From Antedon mediterranea (Eukaryota > Animalia > Echinodermata), in NCBI RefSeq assembly GCF_964355755.1, contig NC_092678.1, forward strand, positions 22,213,365 through 22,277,364: a DNA stretch of 64,000 nt, written 5' to 3'. Within the stretch, counting starts at the first letter, position 1; each line of letters opens with the position of its first letter. The position numbers were made by a program, and so were the translations under genes. This document shows, in pieces, positions 25,701-37,650 of this stretch. The notes under the pieces were generated by a model. The model was not told the origin of the DNA. It was given only the letters and a program-made list of their open reading frames with translations, and ran no database searches.

Positions 25701-28123
25701 ACTGTCTAAAAGAGGAGTTGATGCCATAATTTAATTTTATTTTTTAGTAATCTAAAAACGTTAATGCCATAAACAATTTCATTACATCATTTATGACGTT
25801 TGCTACAATTATTATCATTTTTTTTTCTTTGTAGCTATCTAAGCAAGCCACTACCAGAAACGCTAAAGAGAATCAAGTTATACAGTGAGTCACTAACCCG
25901 GTATGGCAAGTCTCCCTACCTTTATCCTCTGTATGGTCTAGGGGAGCTACCTCAAGGTTTTGCAAGGTAAGAATCAAAAGCTATGTTCTTTGATAAACCT
26001 TTTTTTAAAGGCTCGTCCGTCACAAGATATTTTTTTTTTAACTTCAACCTCTGACCTCATATCATTTTGTTATTGCCTCTGTATGCTATTATCTGTATGT
26101 CAGAGTATGTAAATAAATGATATGAAATTTGAAACATTAGAAAATTGTTAGTAAATGGATAATTTTCCACGTATTTGTTTTTCAGACTTTCCGCTATTTA
26201 TGGTGGAACTTATATGCTAAACAAACCAATAGAGAACATAGAATACGACCAAGATGGCACGGTCATTGGAGTGAAATCGGAAGGAGAGACGGCCAAAACA
26301 AAATGCGTTGTAGCTGACCCATCGTACTTTACGGATAAGGTCAAGAAAGTTGGAAAGGTCGTCCGCTGCATCTGTTTGCTGAAAGAACCAATTCCAAACA
26401 CCAAGGACTCGACTGCTTGCCAGCTCATCATACCACAGAATCAAGTAGGAAGAAAATCAGGTAAAATAGACTAATCACTACGGCCTTGCGATTTAATAAC
26501 CTCACCTAACATTTCCATAGTTCAATAGTAGCATATGTAGAATCTTCATACTTGGGATACGGCGGGGATTCTATGAGAAATGGCTGATTGAAATATCATA
26601 AGAATATTGCCACTTCCAAATATCTGTAAAGTGTCTTTTAATCTCATCAAGCAGTTTCAGAGCCCTTTGTAAACAATTTCATTTAAAAACCTTTGTCTTT
26701 AGCTCTATTTACACTATCAAACTAGTTTGACAAAAATAGTGTGATGTGCCGAAATATGGTGGTGATATGACATCATCATGTCCATATATGGGCTCATCAC
26801 ATTTTGTTGTCAAATAAAGTTTGATATTTATAGACAGAGCTTTGTGGTTATGTTTAGACATTTTACAAATTTGTTTACAGATATTTACGTGTGCTGCGTT
26901 TCAAGTGCTCATAATGTAGCGGCCAAGGGTTTCTATATTGCTATTGTATCCACAACCGTTGAAACCGAAAATCCCGAGGCAGAGATTAAGCCAGGCTTGG
27001 ATCTCTTAGGAACTGTACTAGAGAAGTTTTTGTCTATTGATGATTTATATGAACCAACTGATGATGGAGAAAAGTCCAAGGTGGGTTTTTTTACATTTTT
27101 AAGATCATATGATTATTATTTACTCTGCAGCGATAATTCAATTAAATTCAATTTCATTTCACATTTATTCAATTAATGAAAACTTAAACAATGTAAACAA
27201 TATAAACAAATAAAGATATCATTAATTAGGATCAAAATATAAAACAAAATAAAAATGTATACAAATAAGTGGCATAATAATACATTTATGAATGATAATT
27301 TTCCAAATAATTTGATTTCTGAATATTTTTGCATTTTCACATTTTTTTAGATTTTCTTTTAAGTTATTCCATAATTTAGGTTCATGAACTATAATAAAAA
27401 ATTGGCTTTTACTAAGTCTTACAAAAGCAACATAAAGTATTTTGAGCTCTTAAGAATTACTGCTGCGAATTACTGTAGCTATAAGAGATAATTTGTCAGA
27501 TGTTTTAACCTACTTTTACTCTAACATACTGCTAACTTTCCATAGTACATTGTGAACACTCTGCGCAGAAAGTAACAAGTTACAAGGCTTGAACTCACGA
27601 CCTCCACTTATAAAGTTTTTCCAAAGTTAGGTTATTGCATGCAACAACAGTTTTTGAGAACATGTTGTAAACAAATGTTCAAGTAAGACTCGAACCTAAA
27701 ACCTCATAGTTGCTAGTAAAGTTCACCACTAACATATTGCATGTAAAAGTTATTAAAAATGTTTATTTCATACGCATCCAACAGCAAGCAAATACTCGCC
27801 AATTATAAGATGAATAAACAATTTTATAATTTATTGTGCTTATAAACTAAGTCGAATGTGAACCCTGGCACTAAGTCAGGATTGAACCCCAGACCTTGGG
27901 ATTGGAAGGCAAGCACGTTAACCACCAAGCTACAGCTCCATTACTTCTACTTTTAAAGTGTTTGTTTTTAATTGTTGTGATATAGGTCTTCATTACTAAA
28001 TCCTACGATGCTACCACTCATTTTGAGACAACATGCGAGGACATCAAGAACACCTATCGACGAATCACAGGGGAGGAACTTGATTTCTCACAAGTGCAAA
28101 AAGACATTGAAGCCGTTAATTAA
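22704..28123 (+). CDS. Gdi: Rab GDP-dissociation inhibitor (GDI1/GDI2 homologue), 9 exons, 447 aa
   Basis: Exons 22704-22748, 23549-23656, 23829-23931, 24581-24715, 25195-25402, 25835-25966, 26186-26460, 26881-27080, 27986-28123 (1344 nt, phases consistent). Starts [21 protein letters not shown] and contains [64 protein letters not shown] and [12 protein letters not shown]. Confidence 0.97.
22987..23199. mobile_element. MITE-like inverted-repeat element in GDI intron 1
   Basis: ttgtcgtattcga / tcaaatacgacaa termini, with an internal cgttgagtact / agtactcaacg inverted pair. Confidence 0.5.
26701..26841. mobile_element. MITE family B copy in GDI intron 7
   Basis: agctctatttacactatcaaact..agtttgatatttatagacagagct. 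Confidence 0.75.
27868..27940 (-). pseudogene. tRNA-like SINE head or tRNA pseudogene in GDI intron 8
   Basis: Minus strand ggagctgtagcttggtggttaacgtgcttgccttccaatcccaaggtctggggttcaatcctg has A-box and B-box but stems do not pair fully; more decayed relatives near 27580-27610 and 27685-27735. Confidence 0.5.
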
Positions 28124-31100
28124 AATGCAGATCATAGATATAATATTAATCAATCATCCTCCCCCTGCTTCAATTACCAGCTGTGATTGAGTGGCCAAAG
28201 TGGATGTTGAATCAAACGAGCACACCCACATGCCATGGTTTGTAGTTAGCAAGTTATTTTGATGAAAGTAATTAAGACACCTATTAAGCCCTCTTCTATG
28301 ATAGTGTTAGTATTTCATCATCTTATAAACCCAGTAGATGGTTGAGATCACTGTAATACTTGATTTAGACAATCATTGCAATGTGAACAGGAGTTATGTA
28401 ATCAGCATTGATTGTTGAGTGGTTGAGATAAAGTAAAGCTGGTTACATAACAAAATTGTGATACCATTTGGTGACCGTTCACACACGATCTTATATTACA
28501 GGTACTATTAAATGTTACATATCCTACTGATTGCATACAATGATTGTCTGAAACGGTATTAGATAATGACCTTTGACCTACAGTCCTATTCAACAAGTCA
28601 ACATTTAGAGATTTTTTGGGGTAATTGGTTGTGGACACAGTAGAAATTAATAATTTTTTCCCACTGGGGACATTCCTATCCTATATAGCGCCATCCCACA
28701 ATAATGTTGTATATCATTAATAATGCTATTATAAAGTTGTTTATATATTGTTTTGTTTTTTTTTAAAAGGGAAATTAGTTAAAAATATAAATTATATTAA
28801 TCAAGAAGGTCATTCAATATGCGACATAATAACAAATAATATTTATTGTAATTATACAGTTATTTTTGATTATTTTTTTTGTATTACATCATATCTATGT
28901 ATATGTATGACATAGCCAGACACAAAGTATAGATTCACTACAGTGTTTTTCCAAACAAATTCTGGGTTTCTGTAACATTTCTGTTATCATAGTGCAGCCT
29001 AGATGTTAGCCTAGGAAAAATTATGGACCCTTGGAACTCGTAGATAATTTTAATTTTTGAAAGCTTTTGATATATGATTCTGTCATCATAATACGGTTTA
29101 AATTATGTTATCCTAACCATGTGACAGAACTTGTTGTTGATGGACCAATTCACTGTGTAAGGTTATGGTCTATTCGATTTTTAATATATACAGTAATCAC
29201 ACAATAAAGTGGTAGACGTCTCGAATCTTAATTTTTTACACATTTTTTTTATTATTAAAGTTGGGAAGATTGGGCTTTCATCTACTTTTATATTCTATGC
29301 ATTCTGTTTACTTGATTTTTTTTTCTTTTATTTACATTTAAAATGCCAGTGAATACCAAATTTTTTTTGGCGTAAAGTTGTACTTAGTAAAATAATATGG
29401 ACATTTATATAGATGTTGTCAACATTACCAAACATACTAAATACTGTAAAAGACCAAGTACTGTGGTTGGAGATAGAAGAAGGAATCATATATTGTAATT
29501 AATATTGCGGCGGGAGGCAACTGTTTTATTTTTACTACTTACTGTTATATATATATATAATGTGCATGTTAAGTAGTGATAAATGTCATATAATGTGTTC
29601 ATATAGGCAGCAACTCATTTGTGTTTATAAGGATAATGATGTGAAAAATTGAAACAAAAACACAATTTCTAAAACAATGTACTTGCTTTTAAAAGAAAAA
29701 ACTGATTATAAATACGTGGAATTTGAGTAATGTAATTGCCAGCTCGTTTTTAAGTCGAAACAAGTGTTATTTAATATTTAACTGTTGTAGAAATAGTAAA
29801 AACTTGTATCATTTTCATGCCACGTGTTGCAAAAATGTGTTTTGCACAATATTCATTCCAATTGCTGAAATAAAAGAAATGTAGTCTATCGCCCTCTATC
29901 ATTGAAGATAAACTTGACTGGAGTAAATAATTTGTTTTATCTTTTCAGTTTCATAGGCCTACTGTAAACTCTTGAGTAGTAATAAAACTAAGTTAATAGT
30001 AGTCAGGAATCGTTAAAAAAAAATTAGTGAAATTGTTAATGTATGAATGTATATCAGAATCATTGAATCAAAGCAGTCATGAATTATTGAAAATAATAAA
30101 TCTAATTTAAAAAAACAATTTTGACTCTTGTATTATGAGATTAGTTATTTTTGTGCGTTTGAGTCTCGTATAAATGAGTTCAGAAATAGTTTATGTCCGT
30201 CGCACCCCGCTTTGTACGTTCGTAGATTTACCTACTTTTTCTTCGCGTCATAAATTTAAGTTTGGTTTAATGTTTGACGCTTTCGATCGTGTTATACCGT
30301 CAGAAGCAGGAACCGCGGTTTTTAAACGAATACGTCACAAAAATGTTTTCAAAATGTTGGTGTTTTTCTTTAATTGATTATAGTACAATCTTTTTTATTT
30401 CATGGATGAATCTCAATCTTCACAACTTTAAGTTCAAAATGATACAAGAAAGTTATTCCATTTGTAAGTAACTTGTACGTTTTTTATCTAAAAAAGCCCA
30501 GGCTTAGGTCCTCTTGTCTGTGTATAATTGCAGGACGTACTGTACGTGATTATGTCGTCACCGGCGGACAGAGAACGGTATTCCGGTAACGTAACGATAT
30601 TAGTGAGGCCTAGTAAACTGTCAGTACTATTGCTGACTCCTGTACAAAGTGGGTGATATTTTAATCGTTATGCTATTAGTATTATATTACGTATTTAACA
30701 TATTTTGTTATGGTATGTCTTTGTCATAGCTTTTGTGCGTTTCAGTATTTGTTAAGGACCGGTCTTCCCGGCGGTGGTCATACGAAACACGCCCGGTAGC
30801 GCCCGGTGCATTTTATGAAAAAAATATAAGTACATGCTTAGCTAACATCATGTTTTGAGTCTTTTTGGATATTCGTTTTATGCCATGGAATAGTTAGATT
30901 ATAATAATTAATAAATGACGCCGTCGTTGTTGTTGATGCGTTATATGGAAAAAAAAAGTGTAACAATACTGTGTGTATATACTATCAATCTCATCATATG
31001 TTTCTGGTAGAAAACAAAATATGGATTAAATTTAAAATCAGAGCATGTTGTTAACATTTTATATCATAAAAACCGTACTGGTTACCGGGTTTTAGAGTAA

Positions 31101-31912
31101 TATTATGACTACTGGTGAATGGTATTAATATTTTTTTTTCATTTTCAATCTAGGCTTATTAAACTGTGGAAAACTTAATTTGCTATAATACCATATTATC
31201 AAACAAGCTCCTAGACAGTATTTAACTAGTTGGACATTCCAATGTATTATATTTGCTTTACTATATTCAAAACTTCCGCTATCGCGAAAATTGTACAACT
31301 ACAAATGAAACACGTCAAAAGTCAAGATATCAAAGGACTTCATAATATGGATTTATACTCAAGTGAAGATCAGGTAAGTCTGTTTTCCATATGTACTTCA
31401 TACATTAAATATCATATCGTCGGTGCTAAGTCATTCGGTCATAAGTCATAGTTTCTAGTTGAATTAAATTTTATTATTTTATTTTATTTTATTTTATGTC
31501 TTTAGGCAATGTGGCCAAGGATTACCAATAGTGAATTAATCACTGTCCTATCAGATAGGTGGTAATCCCCCTGATACTAAACAGGTGGTATTCTTGTCTG
31601 TAGCGCATTATAAACACAAACAAATAAACTCAGAAATAAGAAAATGAAATCCTCAATTATAATTCTATATCAGCATATTTATTGAAATAATCACATTTCT
31701 CTAGAAAAAAGAAAAACTTTATTTAACGGGACGCTGGGTTTGATCGTTTTCATATTGTTATTAAAATGTCACTCATCTGATGGTAGCGCCCCCTATAGTC
31801 ATAGATCTAATAAACTTTTATTTGGACGGTGACAAGGCGTTGTCCTATACAAACTAATACATTCTAAAAGCACGTTTTACTTAACTAAATAGCTTCTACA
31901 GAATTTGTTAAA

Positions 31913-32042
31913 GCCCTATTTCATATTAGCAAACTTTCGATTTGAAGACAGCAGTTAAATTCGGCGGTAACTTGAAAAACAATCTGCGCATGCGTATATG
32001 CTGTCCTCGTGTAAATCGAAAGCTTCTTATACGATAGAGGGC
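31913..32042. repeat. MITE-like inverted repeat in the presumed 3' UTR of the neuropeptide precursor gene
   Basis: gccctatttcatattagcaaactttcgattt / aaatcgaaagcttcttatacgatagagggc imperfect inverted pair. Confidence 0.5.
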
Positions 32043-32441
32043 GGAGCAGGGAGATAATCTGTGTGTGCTTTGATATTATAATGATGATACTCAAGCTTAA
32101 TCAGGGAAAAATATACACAAAATTCAAGACCTTTTCGGTACGTTTAGTAAATCAATATATCGAATTCTTCTCAATGACTTAACATTACAGTATTTCTTTA
32201 CATGTTACAAAACCGTATAGCTTACGGCATTAGAAACCATTAGGTCTAATATTTATGAATTAAAGCAACGTTGTAATCATATCAGTTATTCAATCCCGTT
32301 TCAAATTACCCACAATCCTAAGTTTATGTAACAGCACACATTTGACCTTTTTATTTCAATTTAAAAATAACCCAAACCAAACTAATTCTCTCTTAAAAAT
32401 TAACGTTTTTAATTTATGTTTACATGTATTTACTGGTAATT

Positions 32442-32734
32442 TTAAACACCACCGTTTATCATGTTTCGTTTGCCGTTCATCATTGGTCGTTTATATTGGT
32501 AATATTCTTGTTCGTAGGGTGTTTCATCCTCAAAATTCCGCCTCTGTTCTGATAACCATTCTTGGAAGGCTCGTTTTACGTCCAAATTCTCTCTGTACCC
32601 GCCCATGCGTATTGGCTCGCGTTTGATAAAGTAAGCGGTTGAGTCCCTTTTTCGGCCGCCTAGCCATGGTCGTTTGTTTCTCAGAGCACCGTTTGAGAGC
32701 CGCCACGCGGCATTTTCTGGTTCTGTATCTTGCT
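32442..32734 (-). CDS. Putative neuropeptide precursor, last coding exon (peptide-bearing)
   Basis: Acceptor tatttgtttatttcag|AG, phase 1. Translation: EQDTEPENAAWRLSNGALRN-KR-PWLGG-RKR-DSTAYFI-KR-EPIRMGGYRENLDV-KR-AFQEWLSEQ-RR-NFEDETPYEQEYYQY-KR-PMMNG-KR-NMINGGV*. Seven basic cleavage sites, two preceded by Gly (amidation donors). Minus-strand AATAAA near 31678-31683. Confidence 0.85.
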
Positions 32735-34464
32735 CTGAAATAAACAAATATTTCTGTTAGTATTAGTAGTAGTAGTAGTGATGTTTAGTGACCAAGATTT
32801 TATCATAGAGGGGCAATTCTAACTTTAGGTGTGTACGTTCTATAATGATTGATTCCCACTCGCACGCAAGCACGACGCAAGTAATTTCACCACGACGCCT
32901 GTGTTGCGTCCTCCAAGTGGGAAACGTAACAGGCATATCGATTTGCGCATAGCCGCGTTGAGCGTCGTGAAAACGAAACATTGGCGTTCGATTCACCGCA
33001 CCGGAACCGTGCCGAAACAGGTGTGAAAGGCCCTTAAAGGTTGAATCTCGACTGATTTTTCATGCATAAAATGTGCACGTCGTCGTCGCCCGTTTTTTCA
33101 CTGAAAAATACTCCGCGCCTCCTAAAGATGACCTAGCAATTACATAACAACTATACTGCGATTTTTTGCAAACCTTACACGTCGGTCACTCCCACGGGAA
33201 CAAGCTAATATTATCGGATGAGGTTGACCGGATCTTATAGCATGGTTGCTAACAGATTTTTTTTTACCATGTGCCATTAAGAAGTCAGTTGTTACAGTGT
33301 TTTGAATATTTTGACAATTTGCAAACGCCTAATTTACTGAAATGGGTGGCAATAAGCGTGTAAGTATCAATTTCAACCAATTAAAAGATTCCGTGTTATC
33401 TTTGATTAATGCGAAACCACTACAGAATTACGTACGTACGAACGACACCGCGGCTGTCCGCCGATTCATATAAACTACTTCTAAATACGGCCTTATTATT
33501 ATTCCTATAATCCCGTTGACATATCGATTCTTCATACTGTAAACTATTCGGTAATAAAATACATTAGTATGTGTTATGAAAAATAACTTAGCGTAACGTA
33601 CCACTTACCGTTGTGGTCGCATCTAAAAAGTTATTGTTTTTATTGTCTTACGCATGCGTACTCGCATACGACTTCTGTATTTATTCGACAAAATGGTATC
33701 GTCAATTGCATATGCCATGAGCGTAAAAATTATGTTATGGTATTTTGTACGCGCGCGTATATTTCACAATTTTTATTGAATCATGCATGCGTAATTGCAT
33801 ACGACTGCTGTATATTCGACAAAATGATATCGTCAATTGCATATGCCATGAGCGTACAAAATAAAAACATGTTACGGTCTTTTGTACGCGCGCGTATATT
33901 TTACAATGGTGTCAAATATTTAATAATATTTTATATTTCATAAAGCCTGAAACTAACTAAAAATAAGTTGGTTTTTTTTATTCTGAATATAATCTGATAT
34001 ATTATTCATAAATATATCATAATTGTGCGTAATTAATTCTGATTTTGCGGAAGACGTGTGATACTTTCATTCATTGTTTCACAATAATACCTCGCAAAAT
34101 CAATCTAAAACGTCAGATATTGTTAAATAACAATCAAAAAAATAATTACACTTGCACGCTTTACGCGTAAGCTCATCGTTTATTTATAGTTTTACATATT
34201 GATATAATTATTTTTAAAAACCATTCAACTATCAAATATAGTAATTATTAATTGCGCGAATTGGCTTGTTTAATTGTAATGTCGAAGTCAAATAGTTGAC
34301 ATAATTCATTTTCAAGATTTTATTTCGTTTTTAAGAGTCTATAATGTAACTTATGCAAATCATCTATTACTTAGTCTTGTATAAAGCAGGTTTACCAAAT
34401 ACTTTCAAATTGTTCAAGTTATGATAATTTTATTGCTGTATGTTCAGATTTTTATTTAATCTAA

Positions 34465-34739
34465 ATCTCTGTCTACACTATCAAACTAGTTTGACAAAAA
34501 AAGTGTGATGTATCCAAATGGTAATGATATGGTTAAATATGGTAGTGATATGACATCATCATGTCCTGGTCCATATATGAGCACATCAGATTTTTTTGTC
34601 ACATCAAATTTGATAGTGTAGACAGAGCTTAACCGAAATGAGTAGTGAATGACATCATCATGTCCATATATGAGCACATCACATTTTTTTGTCACATCAA
34701 ATTTGATAGTGTAGACAGAGCTTAACCGAAATGAGTAGT
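34465..34739. mobile_element. MITE family B copy with its right half plus flank tandemly duplicated
   Basis: Right TIR followed by taaccgaaatgagtagt appears twice (ending near 34646 and 34739). Confidence 0.8.
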
Positions 34740-35276
34740 TTTAGAACACCTATAATTATAGTTAAGTATTTTGATACTGCTATTTTATCCCATGTGTAAA
34801 TTGTTCGCTTCTGCTGAGACACGCTTTGCAATTATAGTGGTCTGAATCGATATAAATATTAATGATTGAACATCATTTGAAATGAATAATATGACCTTCT
34901 TTCTAATTGTCGCCAAAATAATATCTTTGGTTTTGTAATGTTATTTTATAAATAAGATATTTCTACTAACTAATGGTGACTGCGACGAACCGGCGCGGTG
35001 TGAATTCTAGATCGAAAATATGCGGCCCGGAGTGATTTCGCACACAGAGGCCTAACTGTGGAATTCCCCATTTAAGATGCCCATATTCATATGACGCCCC
35101 TTTAAGGGTACACTTAAAAACGAATTAGGGGATATATAAGTTTGCTTATACCATGCCCACCCCTATTCAAGGAATACCCCTATTAAAGTGAGAATTTGCT
35201 AGGTATCGGGATAATAAGTATAGAGCGTTTAGGTATTGAAATATATATTTTTGATGAAAATATATATTTATACTGG

Positions 35277-35552
35277 GTAACCTCTTCAGTCAAAGACTGG
35301 TTTCCCAGAAGGCCCAGTTGGTGATCAGTGGCTGTGGGTTCTAATACACCGGGGTAACCCACTACTCGTCTCGAAAGATGTACTAGGTTCTTTAAAGTGC
35401 ACACGAGCTAGATCTGGACCTACGGTTTATAGTTCTTATCCGAAAAGACTCGTTTTACCACCAGAACCATCGAGTGAGTGAGCCTCGAACCCCTGCCGAT
35501 GTTATGGCTACGTAATTACGGTTCCACTGTCTTAACCGCTCGGCCACTCACT
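35277..35552 (-). mobile_element. tRNA-derived SINE, second copy of the 8795-9165 family
   Basis: The reverse complement aligns with 8795-9030 over the head and central domain (gagtgagtggccgagcggttaagacagtggaaccgtaattacgtagccataacatcggcagg..). Confidence 0.8.
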
Positions 35553-35742
35553 CTTTCATAAAAATGTGTTTGTATCGAGATTCGTACTCTGAAAAAATTG
35601 AGGGACAATATAATGTTTTAATACTACGGCCAATCCCTATTCAGGAGACACACCCATTTAGGGACACTTGGTTGGGCGATGTCCCCTTTAAATGGGGTTC
35701 TACGCTCATTATAAGCATAGAGCGTGTTGGGTTAAAACTCAC

Positions 35743-35860
35743 CAAATGTGTTTGTATCTGGATTATCGTATTCTGAAGAAACTGTTAAAAAGCACTGTTG
35801 TAGGCACATACATAGAAATAGCGCAGCCCCTATGTTTAACATTGACATTGGTGAAACCAT
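35743..35860 (-). CDS. Putative neuropeptide precursor, first coding exon (signal peptide)
   Basis: On the minus strand a pyrimidine-rich acceptor (..tttatatttgcag|aaa) precedes ATG. Translation: MVSPMSMLNIGAALFLCMCLQQCFLTVSS-EYDNPDTNTF, with a hydrophobic core and V-S-S cleavage-type site. The exon ends at G|gtgagt (phase 1), matching the phase of the exon at 32734. Confidence 0.8.
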
Positions 35861-37174
35861 TTTCTGCAAATATAAACAAAGATAAAAATAACTGTTAAAA
35901 TATTCAAATGACACTGAAAATTGAGATACCAGGAAATGAAATGATCATGCGCGTGCAAAAGTCTTTATCATTATTCGTCAGAGTCTCTGACGAATTCGAA
36001 TTATCCAACATTATTAAACTGTAATCTGATATAATCATAGAAAATATAATATTATATAATAACCACGGTGATTAACTGTAAATAACTGTATTAAAAAATA
36101 GGAAATTGAAACATTTCTAATTAAAAGTTGCAAGCTGAGAGGATATGTGTAAATTGTGCTATAATTCGGATACATTACATTACAAATAATGTAGGTTACA
36201 TCCTTGCTATTATGCATTCTAATATTATGGGTGGCTGGGTAGCATCCACGGGGAATGGTAGGCCTATATAGGTGTTACTACAGTATTGGAAACAAAATAT
36301 CAGAATGCCGTGTGGGCGTTTAGGGCATATAGTTTGTAAACTATGCATTATAGTTGTTTTTATAATATGAAAATGTTGAGACAAGTACAGTGTATTGGTC
36401 TTGCATCCCGTCTTGCATCTTCTCCATTATCATGACAATGCTATGATACAGCTCACATCTGTTTCATAGGATCGATGTCTCTGTATTGCCCTCACAATTA
36501 TTCCATGCTACAAAATTCACATGTTTCGCCGTGGGCCTGTTTTACAAATATTGCCGTATTTGTAGAGCACGAGAAGCGTTCAGACTAACCTTTCAACAAT
36601 TTTAAAAGATAAAGACGTAGAGGTTAAGACGGTTTATGTTCTAATCATATATAGCATATAGGATTCTAGGGGAGAAACCCGCGGAGAAAACGATTCTTCA
36701 TAAGAACTTTTTTTTTCTATCCTGCAAAATATCGTTTTGACGGTTAAGAAATCAGGCGTGGGCGGATCGATATGACGTTTCACCGAACTTTCTTCTCTGC
36801 GAGTTGTTTCCCTCAATCTTAATAGCACATTCTTAACTAAAATACCTTTCATGTATTGTGTGACAAAATAACTCAAGATAACCGACGAAAAGCATTTGAT
36901 ATAATCCAATAATTGGGAGCTATAAATTATTTCTTGTTCCATTTGGTCATAGATGTAGTAGGCGGCTTGAGAATTTGCTAAGCCTTCCCATGAGTCCCGA
37001 GGATCATTAATCTTTACCGTCAACAAACAGTTTCATTACATACATTTGTCTATAAAAATCAACATTAAATTTTAGAAGTTAATTTTCGGGACAGATTTTA
37101 CTACCGCGCACTAGTTATTTTACAAAAATGTTCGACACTACGTTTCCTCTCGTGTGTTTTAAGGTCGCCTTTTA

Positions 37175-37650
37175 TGCGCGCGGTCAAATGTTGATAATAA
37201 CATGGCTTGTAAACACGCGCATTCAAATCTTGATAATGGTACGGCTTTTGTACGCGTGCGTCCAAATGTAGATAATTGCACGGTTATTGTACGCGTGTTC
37301 AGATGTTGATAGTGGTACGGCTTTTGTACGCGCGTGTTCAGATGTAGATAATGGTACAGTTATTGTACTCGTGTTCAGATGTTGATAATGGTACGTCTTT
37401 TGTACGCGCGCGTTCAAATGTAGATAAAGGTACGACTTTGTACACGCGTGTTCAGAAGTTGATAATGGTACGGCTTTTGTACGCGCTTGTTCAGATGTTG
37501 ATAATGGTACGGCTTTTGTACGCGCGTGTTCAGATGTTGATAATTGTACGGCTTTTGTACGCGCGTGTTCAGATGTTGATAATTGTACGGCTTTTGTACG
37601 CGCGTGTTCAGATGTTGATAATGACACGGATTTTGTACACGTGTGTCCAA
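37175..37650. repeat. Minisatellite, about 12 x 39 bp (gttcagatgttgataatggtacggcttttgtacgcgcgt)
   Basis: Directly visible; produces the periodic ORFs 37223-37657(-), 37351-37659(+) and 37414-37650(-). Confidence 0.95.

Noticed and set aside
27868-27940. Possible functional tRNA gene (also 45972-46045 and 53098-53170)
   Set aside because: A/B boxes are present but acceptor and anticodon stems do not pair; treated as SINE heads or pseudogenes.
32540-32580. AFQEWLSEQ resembles the F..WL motif of glucagon/GIP-family peptides, and AWRLSNG resembles galanin or MIP N-termini
   Set aside because: Only 2-3 residues match and the family-defining residues and spacing are absent; not enough for assignment.
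33609-33622. Possible 14-nt micro-exon (tttttag|ATGCGACCACAACG|gtaagt) in the neuropeptide intron
   Set aside because: Inclusion would shift the frame of the precursor; probably a chance match.
36634-37026. 130-aa minus-strand ORF
   Set aside because: Non-ATG start, no recognisable motif and no convincing splice sites.
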